A stretch of 64,000 nucleotides of DNA, from contig OZ253564.1 of NCBI GenBank assembly GCA_965262915.1, positions 2,912,001 through 2,976,000 of the forward strand. The letters are read 5' to 3'. The position numbers were made by a program, and so were the translations under genes. The notes under the pieces were generated by a model that was not told where the DNA came from, ran no database searches, and saw only the letters and a list, made by a program, of their open reading frames with translations. Each line of letters opens with the position of its first letter. Position 1 is the first letter of the stretch. This DNA is from Candidatus Spongiisociaceae bacterium (lineage in GTDB: Bacteria; Actinomycetota; Acidimicrobiia; Spongiisociales; Spongiisociaceae). Positions 19,698-28,685 of the stretch are shown here, piece after piece.

Positions 19698-21251
19698 CTA
19701 GACAATCGCCGACCGAAGCCGCCAGTTCCGGCTCCGCCCGGCGTGCCAATGACGGTAACCGGTCGCGACAGCCAGTATCGCCGCCGCTGCCGCGTCGTCA
19801 CGCGCCCGAACACGTCGGCCACCCTCCGACCCCTTCGCCAGCTTCGCGTTACCCGCCGGGTCAACCATCACTCGCGCTTCGGACATGGCCGCCGTGAGTA
19901 GCAGAGAATCCGCGGGCCGGACATGGCCACCCAACACGGCCGCCCGGAACTGGCGCACGTCCTCGCCGCCGTCCTTGTACCCCTGACCCCTCACTACCAG
20001 TTGAGCGGTCGGGAAGCGTAACGCGTCGAGATGCTGCCGCAGCTCCGCCGCCCGCCACCGGTCACACACCACCGCCGCCGGTTTGCCCCAGCGGATCAGA
20101 GCTTCCGACAACAGCCGCCGAACGTCGGAAACATGACCACCGGCGATCACCAACTCGCCCCGCTCCGCCATCTTCGAGTAGAGCGAACCCACACCGTCGG
20201 CCAACCCACGGCGGCGAAGGTCGGGCTGTGCGGGGAACACCGCCACCGCGTCCAGCCACCCGGACCGGTGATACGCCGCTGCCGCTGACATAGCCGCCGA
20301 CGTACCAAGATCGACGCCCAGCACGTAGCTGCCCCGGACCGGTTCGGGTTCCGGCAACCCGGCTGCCCGCTTCCACGCGGCGGCGTCCAGTAGCACGGCC
20401 CGGTCAATGTCCGCCACGCCGAGATTCAGCCGGAGCGCCTTGAACGAGGCGAGCGCGTCCGGGTCGTTGCGGGCGTCCACAATCTCCGCCTGAATCCGGG
20501 CCTTCAAGCTCGGCAGGTGATCCACCGACGGGTTCGCCCGCCGAATGGTTCGCATCCAAAACGGCGGATCATCCGGACGGGCTGCGTGAACCTGGGCGTA
20601 GGCAGCCGACTTGAGCAGACGGGCGAACCAGTGCGTCTGGTCCGCCGGTCGGGTACCCAACGCGATCAAGCGGGAACCCGGCACCTTCCCTAGGCCGGTG
20701 CGAATCGCTTGGAGCATCCGATCCGCCCGCCCCGGTTCCCACTGGCTGGGTTCGTCGAGAAGCGCCAACGCGGGCCGTAGCCCGTGAGCCCGCCCCGGAT
20801 CGGAACCAATACACCGAATCCGGCAACCCGACGCCCGGAACTCAAGCGTCGCTCGATTCGCGCTGTCTTGCTTCCGCCACGCCGACCGGTCGCCCAAGTC
20901 GTAGCGGTTACCCAAGAACGCGAGCACATCCTCGAAGATGATCCGTGACTGGTCGAAGCTCGCCGCCACACACACAACCTCACGCCGCCGACCATGCAAC
21001 GGCCCCGACGAGTCCACCATCGCCGCCGCTATCCCCGCCACAAGCGCCGACTTGCCATTACCCCGGCCAACCGTCAGAGCCGAATCGCCCGGCCCCCGGA
21101 ACGCCCCTCGAATGAACCGCCGCTCCCACGGCAACACCACGAACGGCTGCCCGTCGTGGTCGCCGCCCGCCAACGTCAGTCCGGCGAGGTAGGCGATGAT
21201 GTCAGTTGCAACAGCCACGACTTGGACCCTACCCACTCTGTTAACCAACAT
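19698..21251 (-). CDS. Terminase large subunit
   Basis: LPWE, Walker A GRGNGKS, A..FDQSRIIF, Walker B ALLDE, nuclease VLGVDLG, DRWR, DDAAAA; start may lie about 10 codons downstream. Confidence 0.92.
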   Translation of the reverse strand: MLVNRVGRVQVVAVATDIIAYLAGLTLAGGDHDGQPFVVLPWERRFIRGAFRGPGDSALTVGRGNGKSALVAGIAAAMVDSSGPLHGRRREVVCVAASFDQSRIIFEDVLAFLGNRYDLGDRSAWRKQDSANRATLEFRASGCRIRCIGSDPGRAHGLRPALALLDEPSQWEPGRADRMLQAIRTGLGKVPGSRLIALGTRPADQTHWFARLLKSAAYAQVHAARPDDPPFWMRTIRRANPSVDHLPSLKARIQAEIVDARNDPDALASFKALRLNLGVADIDRAVLLDAAAWKRAAGLPEPEPVRGSYVLGVDLGTSAAMSAAAAYHRSGWLDAVAVFPAQPDLRRRGLADGVGSLYSKMAERGELVIAGGHVSDVRRLLSEALIRWGKPAAVVCDRWRAAELRQHLDALRFPTAQLVVRGQGYKDGGEDVRQFRAAVLGGHVRPADSLLLTAAMSEARVMVDPAGNAKLAKGSEGGRRVRARDDAAAAAILAVATGYRHWHAGRSRNWRLRSAIV

Positions 21252-21290
21252 TCAACATCTTTCACATATGTAAGGCGTTAGACTGTTGCT

Positions 21291-22577
21291 ATGACTACCA
21301 GACAGAAGATCGAACTGAGGCTCTCAAAGGTCCGCTCCCGGTTGAACGAACTTGCCGGAGTCGAGGAACTCACCGACGAACACCGGGCCGAACTCGACAA
21401 CCTCGAAGGTGAGTTCGGAGACCTCGAACGCCGGCATCGGGCGGCGATCCTGTCCGAAGCCCACGAGGAACGCGCCGCGGTGGGGATGTTCCCCGACGGT
21501 GACGACCAGGACGGCGCCGAGGTCCGGCAGTTGCTGGGCCGGGTCACCCTCTCCGACTATCTCGGTCCGGCGGCTGCCGGTGCCGGCAGCCGGGGCGCGG
21601 CGGCCGAACTCAACGCTGCCTTGGAAGTACCCGAGGCGGGTCCGTCCGGCGGGGTGGCGGTTCCGTGGCGGGTGCTGCTTCCCGATGGTGGGATCGAGGC
21701 CCGTGCGTTCACGACCACCGCCAACAACGACGGTACGGAGATGCAACGCCCGATCCTGCAGCGGCTGTTCGGGCCGGGGATCATGAACACGCTCGGGGTT
21801 CGGATGGACTCGGTTCCGGTCGGTCGGGCGGAGTGGCCGCTCATCACGTCCGGCGTGGCACCCGCCCAGGCGAAGGAACCCGACGCTGCCGCGGCTGCGG
21901 TGGTTGCCGGATTCAGCTTCGCCAATCTCAAGCCGAAGCGGTTGACCGGCGTGTACGAGTACACCCATGAGATGGCCGCCAGCGTCGCGGACCTAGAGGC
22001 GGCGCTGCGGCGTGACCTCGCCGATGCTGTGAGGTCGAACATGGAACAGCAGATCGTCAACGGGACCGCTCCGACTAACCAGAACCCGCAGAACGTGGAG
22101 GGGTTCATAACCAAGCTCACCGGCTCGGACCTGTCCGCATCGCAGGCAACCGCGGCCGATTACGGCAAGCTGCACGCTCTTGCGGTTGACGGTGTCCATG
22201 CCAGCACCGAGACGGAAGTTATGTCGGTGATCGGTGACGAAACGTATCAGCACGCCGCCGGCGTGTACATCACCGGTTCCGGCGAGTCCGGTTCGGAACT
22301 GTTAAAGCGCCGGTCCGGTGGTTGTAGGGCTTCGACGTACATTCCCGCTATCGCGTCCAAGAAACAGTCGGCGATTCTGCACGCGGCCGGGTCGAACGGT
22401 GGGGGGATCATGCGGGGCGACTCGGTGGCGGCTGTATGGCCGACGCTCGAAGTGATCCGGGATATCTACACGAAGGCGTCCCAGGGTGTCGTGCTGACGT
22501 GGCTGACGTTGTGGGACGCGGTGGTTGCGTTCCGTTCGTCGGCTTACAAGCAGATCGACATACAGATACGGGCATAG
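21291..22577 (+). CDS. HK97-type major capsid protein with N-terminal delta (scaffold) domain
   Basis: Coiled-coil N-terminus, SGGVAVP, LKPKRLTG..EYTHE, LRRDLADAV...IVNG; adjacent to protease and portal. Confidence 0.87.
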   Translation: MTTRQKIELRLSKVRSRLNELAGVEELTDEHRAELDNLEGEFGDLERRHRAAILSEAHEERAAVGMFPDGDDQDGAEVRQLLGRVTLSDYLGPAAAGAGSRGAAAELNAALEVPEAGPSGGVAVPWRVLLPDGGIEARAFTTTANNDGTEMQRPILQRLFGPGIMNTLGVRMDSVPVGRAEWPLITSGVAPAQAKEPDAAAAAVVAGFSFANLKPKRLTGVYEYTHEMAASVADLEAALRRDLADAVRSNMEQQIVNGTAPTNQNPQNVEGFITKLTGSDLSASQATAADYGKLHALAVDGVHASTETEVMSVIGDETYQHAAGVYITGSGESGSELLKRRSGGCRASTYIPAIASKKQSAILHAAGSNGGGIMRGDSVAAVWPTLEVIRDIYTKASQGVVLTWLTLWDAVVAFRSSAYKQIDIQIRA

Positions 22578-22581
22578 GCTC

Positions 22582-23481
22582 ATGGTCGAACGGACCCGAC
22601 CGTTAGAGGTCCGGCTCGCGGGCCGGACCCTTCGCGGCGTCGCGTTGCGATATGGGGAACAGGCACGAGACCGGGCCGAGATGTTCGAGCCGGGGGCGTT
22701 CCAACCCATAGGGTCGGTGTCTCTGAACCTGCAACATGACCGGTTCCGGGAAGTAGCAAGCACCGACGGGGGATCGCTGCGGATCACCGACACGCCCACC
22801 GAGCTACGGATCGAGGCCGACCTGCGGGAGGGTTCCGCCGAACTGTCGTTGGTGAGACGCCGCGCTCTGCGTGGTCTGTCCGTCGAGTTTCGGGCACTGG
22901 CAGATAGGCGGAACCCCGCCGGTCTCCGGGTGGTACAGCGGGCGGAGCTTCCCGCTATCGGCTTGGTCGATTCCGGTTCCTACCGGACCGAGGTTGAGCT
23001 ACGCGCCGCGTTCGGGCAAGCGTGGCTAACCGCCGATATCCGGTTCGGGAAGCGGATGCAATGCCAATGCCAAGGCCCGACTTGTACCGATGTTGAGTTC
23101 GAGCCTGGCGCGTTCGAGGACCTGATCGAACGCCGCGACGTGCTCGCCGTTGGTGGCGGCGGTTTCGCCAACGTCCTGGGGAGCACGCGGCGGGGAACGC
23201 TGCTTGTCGACCAGACCGACAAGGGTCTGCGGGTCGGTCTCACCAACGCGGGAACGGACACGGCCCGCCGCATCGTCGAAGCCGCCGCCGTGGCCGATAT
23301 CTTTGTGAGGCCGCTGATCGACCTCGAAGCGTCCGAGTACGAAGACGACGGCACCACCAGACGTTTCACACGGGCGGTCACACGGGCGCTGTTGGTGAAA
23401 CCCACCCCGAACGCCAAGGGTCACCGTCCGGCCCGCATACGGGGCGTCCAGACCCGCAGGAGGCGACGCCCGTGGCTGTAA
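22582..23481 (+). CDS. HK97-family prohead protease with a duplicated domain
   Basis: LRGVALRYG, EMFEPGAF, LQHD, GLSVEF; second FEPGAF...VLGSTRRGTL...DKGLRV unit. Confidence 0.85.
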   Translation: MVERTRPLEVRLAGRTLRGVALRYGEQARDRAEMFEPGAFQPIGSVSLNLQHDRFREVASTDGGSLRITDTPTELRIEADLREGSAELSLVRRRALRGLSVEFRALADRRNPAGLRVVQRAELPAIGLVDSGSYRTEVELRAAFGQAWLTADIRFGKRMQCQCQGPTCTDVEFEPGAFEDLIERRDVLAVGGGGFANVLGSTRRGTLLVDQTDKGLRVGLTNAGTDTARRIVEAAAVADIFVRPLIDLEASEYEDDGTTRRFTRAVTRALLVKPTPNAKGHRPARIRGVQTRRRRRPWL

Positions 23482-23789
23482 CCATCGACGCGGACGCCCT
23501 CGCCGAAGCCATCGGCGGTGAGAACTCACCTACCGTCGTTGCCCGCGTACTGGAAACCGCCACAACCATCGTCGAGGACTACGCACCCCACGCGCCCGAC
23601 GCGATCCACAACGAAGCCTCCGTCAGATTCGCCGGGTACCTGTACGGGTCTGACTTCGGCGGAATCCGCGACGAAACAATCGGGCCGGTGACCGTCACGT
23701 ATCCGCTCAACCATGCGGCCATGTTCCGCAACTCGGGGGCCGCCGCGTTGCTCACCCGGTACAAGCGACGGCGGGCAGGGGCGGTCTGA
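23472..23789 (+). CDS. Putative head-tail connector (gp6-like)
   Basis: 105 aa, helical, ending ALLTRYKRRRA; overlaps the protease and portal genes. Confidence 0.6.
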   Translation: MAVTIDADALAEAIGGENSPTVVARVLETATTIVEDYAPHAPDAIHNEASVRFAGYLYGSDFGGIRDETIGPVTVTYPLNHAAMFRNSGAAALLTRYKRRRAGAV

Positions 23790-24850
23790 TGCGCTGGCCT
23801 TGGGGGCGTGAGAAACGGGAAAGCCAGCCGTTCACCGACGCCGTAGTCGGCACGATCTACGCGCAGGCCGCCGGAACCGTCGCGGCTGACCCGTCCGGGC
23901 TCGCCGCGCTCGAAGTAGCGGCCGGACTGTACGCCCGCAGCTTCGCCGCCGCCACGGTCGAACCAGCCGAACTCCAGCCGGTCATAGGCCCATCCGTGCG
24001 GGCTCTGATCGCCCGGAACCTGATACGCCGCGGCGAAAGCGTTCACCTGATCGAAGTCAGCGGCGGCCAGGTCGAACTCATCCCCGTCGGGTCGTGGGAC
24101 GTGCGCGGACCCTGGACCGAGAGGGACTGGTGGTACCGGGTTGACACCTTCGGACCGTCGGGCAACGCAACCCACTACACACCCGCCGGCGCCGTCGTGC
24201 ACGCCCGCTACGCCGTGGAGCCGGCCCGCCCCTGGTTCGGAGTCGCCCCCCTCGATTGGGCCCGCTCAACGGGCACCCTCGCCGCCTACCTTGAGACACG
24301 GTTGGGCCAAGAAGCCGGCGGAACCGTCGCCCACGTCCTGCCCATCCCCCAAGACGGCGGCGACGGCAGCACCGACGACCCGCTCGCCGACCTCAAGGCT
24401 GACATCCGCAACGCGAAGGGTGGGACGGTGCTCACCGAAACCACCGCGGGCGGATGGGGAGAAGGGAAGATGTCCGCCCCTCAAGCCGACTGGCAGCCAC
24501 GGCGGATCGGTGCGAACCCGCCCGCAGTGTTGCCGACGTTGCGGGCTGACGTGTTCGGCGCGGTACTCAACGCGTGCGGAGTGCCCGTGTCCTTGGCGAC
24601 TGACGCCGATGGAACTTCGCAGCGGGAAAGTTTCCGCCGGTTCCTGACCACAGGCTTGGAACCGCTCGGGGAACTGGTAGCCGCCGAACTCGCCGCCAAG
24701 TTGGACACCCCCGGCGTCCGGTTCGACTTCACCGGAACCTACGCCCACGATCTCGCCGGACGTGCTCAAGCGTTCGGGAAGCTCGTCGCCGGCGGCATGG
24801 GCACCGACCGGGCGCTACAGATATCCGGGCTGCTGGTGGCCGATGGGTAA
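23789..24850 (+). CDS. Phage portal protein
   Basis: MRWPWG.EKR start, LIRRGE, VVHARY...PWFGVAPL, CGVP.SL, LEPLGELVAAELAAKL. Confidence 0.85.
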   Translation: MRWPWGREKRESQPFTDAVVGTIYAQAAGTVAADPSGLAALEVAAGLYARSFAAATVEPAELQPVIGPSVRALIARNLIRRGESVHLIEVSGGQVELIPVGSWDVRGPWTERDWWYRVDTFGPSGNATHYTPAGAVVHARYAVEPARPWFGVAPLDWARSTGTLAAYLETRLGQEAGGTVAHVLPIPQDGGDGSTDDPLADLKADIRNAKGGTVLTETTAGGWGEGKMSAPQADWQPRRIGANPPAVLPTLRADVFGAVLNACGVPVSLATDADGTSQRESFRRFLTTGLEPLGELVAAELAAKLDTPGVRFDFTGTYAHDLAGRAQAFGKLVAGGMGTDRALQISGLLVADG

Positions 24851-25214
24851 GCCGGTCTGTTCGCTCGACGGCTGTACCGAACCGTCGAAGGCTCGCGGCT
24901 TCTGTAAGAGCCACTGGGCGCGGGTCCGGTTCCGGGAGCGTCGGCTGGCCGAAGGGCGGAAACCGCTCAAAGAGAACCCAAGACCCGAAGAGTTGCTGGT
25001 CCGCTACTGGACACCCGCCGAAGACGCCCTCATCCTCGCTGAGATAGCCAAGGGCTTGGGGAAGGCCGACTGGCTGCCCGTGGCCCTTCAACTTGGACGC
25101 ACCAGGCAGGCGTGTAGGACCCGTGCGACCTTCTTGCGGAAACGGGATCGTCTCGCGGACGGATCTCCAGCCGAACACGTTGGCATAGCGGAAGTGGTAA
25201 CCGAAACTTCCTAA
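24843..25214 (+). CDS. Zn-finger plus Myb/SANT-like DNA-binding protein (123 aa)
   Basis: CSLDGC...ARGFCKSHW, then WTPAEDALIL...W..VALQLGRTRQACRTR; ATG overlaps the portal end. Confidence 0.7.
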   Translation: MGKPVCSLDGCTEPSKARGFCKSHWARVRFRERRLAEGRKPLKENPRPEELLVRYWTPAEDALILAEIAKGLGKADWLPVALQLGRTRQACRTRATFLRKRDRLADGSPAEHVGIAEVVTETS

Positions 25215-25246
25215 AACACTCTGACCTGGGGATATAGGCGGTATCG

Positions 25247-25260
25247 GTGGTGAGGGTGGG
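25247..25260. other. att core, right junction
   Basis: GTGGTGAGGGTGGG, identical to 13452-13465. Confidence 0.92.
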
Positions 25261-26738
25261 ACACCACCAGCAGGTCTATGGCCCGTATGCCGAATCGGGA
25301 CAGCCCGTCGCGAACCTTCAACCCGCTGCTCCCTCCGTCGATCAGTACCGTTTCGCCGCCTTCGCCGAGCAGCAGCAGAGCGTCTCCCTGCCCGACATCC
25401 AGCGCCACGAAGGCGGGTCGGACCGAGGTGAGAGCGAACGTGTGAGGGGCGGCGGAGACCGTGAGCACGCTCACCACCAGCACGCACGCCACGACCGCTG
25501 CCGGACGGATCCGACCCCACATCGCCCCCGACCCGAGCACCAACAGGACCACGAAGCCCCGCCAGTCGATCTGGGGTAGGTCGGCGGTGATCGTTGCGAT
25601 GCTGAGCACCACCTCTGCCGCCATGGCTGCCGCGGCTACGACCACGTCGATCCCGGCCAGGGCGCCCGCCCCGGCCAATCCGGTGGAGGCGACCACGAAC
25701 GGAGCCGCGGCCACGTTGGCGACGGGCGACCACAACGGGATGGTCCCCACGGCAACCAGCAAGATGGGCGCCACCCCCAGTTGCGCCCCACACGACGCGC
25801 CCAGCGCGGTTCCCACCCATCTCGGCCGCAGCGCTGCGAACCAACCGGCGCCGATCACCACACCGGCGGTGGCGGCCACCGAGAGCTGGAATCCCAGGCT
25901 GAAGGCAAGCTCGGGAGAGGCGAGGAGCAGGAGGCCTACCCCGCCGGCGATGACCACCCAGATGTCGGGGCGTAGCCCGAAAGGCCGGGCCACCAGAACC
26001 AGTCCGGCCATCGTCGCGGCCCGAACCACCGAGGGATCGGGTCCGATCAGCAACACGAAGAAGGCCAGTCCGCCCAGGCCGATCACCGCCCGGCGCCGGG
26101 AACTCCATCCGAGGGGACCGGCCACCAGGAACAGGGCGCTCAGGAAGAGAGCCACGTTGCTTCCCGACACCGCCACGAAGTGGGACAACCCGGCGCGACG
26201 CATCCGCTCGACGTCCACCTCCTCCAGATGGGAGGTGTCGCCCAGCAGGAAACCGGCGAGGAGGGCCCGGCCGCGACCTGCGTCCGGCCCCAACCGTTCG
26301 ATGATCCCCGCACGGATAGCGACGATCGTCTGACCCAGCCATCCACCGGATGCTCCGGCGGTGCGGGACTGCACCACCTCTCCCCGCCAGGTCACCCTAC
26401 GACCGGGACCGCCCCCCTGGGCTGCATCCGGGATCGGCTCCATCTCGGTCCTGATCCACCAACGGCTGGTCCTGGGCCAATGGGCAACATCGCCGCGGAG
26501 CCAACCGACCGGACCGTCCCAGGGTCGGCGCCGACCCTCCTCCCCCACGGCAACGACCCGGGCACGCACCAGTCCGTCGTCCCGCATCCGGATGCCGTCC
26601 GACAGCGCCTCCACCACCAACATCACCTCGCCGACGGGGAGTTCGAGCCCGAGCGTGCGCTGGTCGCGGGCGGCGAGCATCAGACCGGCCACCATCCCTA
26701 CGGCAGCCAGCCCCATCACCAGGCCCGCCGTCCACTGA

Positions 26739-26901
26739 GTGGTCTGCCTGTCGGACGATTCGGCGTGTCCCGCTTGCCATCGACGCCCCTCGCTGCGTTC
26801 CGCCTCCTCGACGTACCGCTGCTGGTACGCCTTCGTCGGCGGGCCGTGCGAGGAACGCCGCTGCCGGCGCATGACACACCGCCACTTCGCAGACAGACCA
26901 C
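26739..26901 (+). repeat. Family A repeat, copy 3, in-frame inside comEC
   Basis: GTGGTCTGCCTG...CAGACAGACCAC; no stop in the comEC frame across it. Confidence 0.9.
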
Positions 26902-27036
26902 TGGCGAGGACCGCCGGCCCGAGCGCCGCGATCAGCGCGACCGGGGACCACGAGATCCATACCCCGCAAGCGATCCCGATCCATATGGCGGCGGCGCCCG
27001 CCAGGTAGAGGACGGCGCGCCGATCCGGGAGACGGC

Positions 27037-27654
27037 TTATCGACTCACCACCGCGTAATCACGGAGACCGGCCAGCTTTCCTTCGCCGATGCCCGGTACA
27101 TCGAGCAGGTCCTCCAACGTCTCGAACGGGCCGTGGGTCTCGCGATAGGTCATGATGCGGGTGGCCAGGACCTCCCCCACTCCGGGCAACCCGGTCAGCT
27201 CGTCGACCCCGGCGCGGTTCAAATCGACCGGGAACTTCCTGGCTTCGGGTCCCGGCGCGGCTACCGGGGTCGGAGTAGCCCCGTCCGCCCACGGTACGAC
27301 GAGCCGCATCCCGTCCGCCACCGGGGCGGCCAGGTTGATGTTTCCCAGCCTCCCGCCCAGGCGGGCCCCTCCGGCCGCAACTATCGCGTCGGCCACGCGG
27401 CTCCCGTCCGGAACCGATACCAGCCCCGGCGCCGTGACCGCCCCGGACACATGGACGGTCAGCATGGCCGGAAGGGACGCCACCGGCGACGAGGTCGGGG
27501 GCGTGGTGGCGGCGGGCGGTACGGAAGGAGGGGGCGCCTGGGGCCGGTGCCAGAAGGCGAAGGCGATGGCGAGAGCCAGACCGGCTCCCACGATCGGTAC
27601 GACCACGCGCCGCTGGGAGATGTTCGCAGGTGGCCGGCTATCGGTATCGGGCAT
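27037..27654 (-). CDS. comEA: Competence protein ComEA
   Basis: TM helix, SLBB VHVSGAV..PG...RVADAI.AAGG, HhH LPGVG...VPGIG. Confidence 0.95.
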   Translation of the reverse strand: MPDTDSRPPANISQRRVVVPIVGAGLALAIAFAFWHRPQAPPPSVPPAATTPPTSSPVASLPAMLTVHVSGAVTAPGLVSVPDGSRVADAIVAAGGARLGGRLGNINLAAPVADGMRLVVPWADGATPTPVAAPGPEARKFPVDLNRAGVDELTGLPGVGEVLATRIMTYRETHGPFETLEDLLDVPGIGEGKLAGLRDYAVVSR

Positions 27655-27797
27655 GCGGACCTTTCGTCGAGGGGCTACTGACCTTGTATCAAATGCGACC
27701 TCGTCCGGGAAGAGGCTTGCCGGTGGTCGGCGGTCGCCGCGTTCCTCCTACCGGCGAGGGGCCGCTACGCTGCTCGGGCCCGGCGCATAGGACGGTC

Positions 27798-28685
27798 TTG
27801 CTGGTTCTGGACGATCTGAGAAAGAAGTACCGCGACGTGGTTGCGCTCGACGGCTGCAACCTGTCTGTCCGGCCCGGTCGGATGGTGGGATTCCTCGGAC
27901 CGAACGGCGCGGGCAAGACCAGCGCCATGCGGGCTGTCTTCGGGCTACTGCGCCTCGACGGCGGGACGGTGACCTGGCAGGGCCGACCGGTGTCCGGTGC
28001 CGACCGGCGCCGGTTCGGATACATGCCCGAGGCCCGGGGGCTCTACCCGCGCATGAAGGTGGGTAACCAGATGGCCTACCTGGGCCGGCTCCACGGTATG
28101 GACAGGAACGCTGCGGCCGAGGCGGCCGCCCGATGGGTCGAGCGGGTCGGGTTGGGCGAACGGGCCGGGTCGAAGCTGGAGGAACTGTCCCACGGGAACC
28201 AGCAGCGGGCGCAACTGGTGGCCGCTCTCGTGCACGACCCCGACCTTCTGGTGCTCGACGAGCCGTTCAGCGGTCTCGACCCCCTGGGCTTGGAGGAGAT
28301 GGCCGGGATCCTGCGCCAGAGGGCCGACGGCGGGGCGGCGGTGCTGTTCTCCAGCCACCAACTCGACCTGGTGGAGGATCTGTGCGACGACGTGGCCATC
28401 ATCAACCGGGGGCGGGTGGTCGTCGCGGGAGATGTCCGAACACTGAAGGACCGCTCCTCGTACCGGCGGCTGGAGGTGGACATGGACAGCACCGCCGGGT
28501 TCGCCCACCGTATGGGCGAAGCGGAGGTGCTGGAGGCGCGCGGAACCAGGCATACCTTGCTGGTCCCCGCCGGCGCCGATGTCCACGATCTGCTCGCATC
28601 GTTGCACGGGCGGGGAAGGATCAGGGAGTTCTCGTACGGTCCGCCCACCCTGTCGGACCTGTTCAAGGAGGCGGTGCGGGCATGA
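27798..28685 (+). CDS. ABC-2 transporter ATP-binding protein
   Basis: GPNGAGKT, LSHGNQQ, LVLDEPFSGLDP, SSH; start approximate. Confidence 0.92.
   Translation: MLVLDDLRKKYRDVVALDGCNLSVRPGRMVGFLGPNGAGKTSAMRAVFGLLRLDGGTVTWQGRPVSGADRRRFGYMPEARGLYPRMKVGNQMAYLGRLHGMDRNAAAEAAARWVERVGLGERAGSKLEELSHGNQQRAQLVAALVHDPDLLVLDEPFSGLDPLGLEEMAGILRQRADGGAAVLFSSHQLDLVEDLCDDVAIINRGRVVVAGDVRTLKDRSSYRRLEVDMDSTAGFAHRMGEAEVLEARGTRHTLLVPAGADVHDLLASLHGRGRIREFSYGPPTLSDLFKEAVRA

Larger units (their letters stand above)
13452..25260. mobile_element. Integrated capsid-encoding, tail-less phage-satellite-like element (cf-PICI-like)
   Basis: Flanked by the 14-bp direct repeat GTGGTGAGGGTGGG; contains int, alpA, helicase, HNH, terL, capsid, protease, connector and portal; no tail or lysis genes recognised. 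Confidence 0.88.
25247..27040 (-). pseudogene. comEC: comEC 5' fragment (competence membrane domain and start of the MBL domain)
   Basis: GLSHFVAVSGSNV, PSVVRAA, GFQLSVAAT, LDVGQGDA, LIDGG, LVVSHPH; frame is open up to ATA at 27040 overlapping the comEA stop. Confidence 0.93.

Noticed and set aside
13452-25260. Complete temperate prophage
   Set aside because: Both att sites are visible and no tail, tape-measure or lysis genes were recognised between them.
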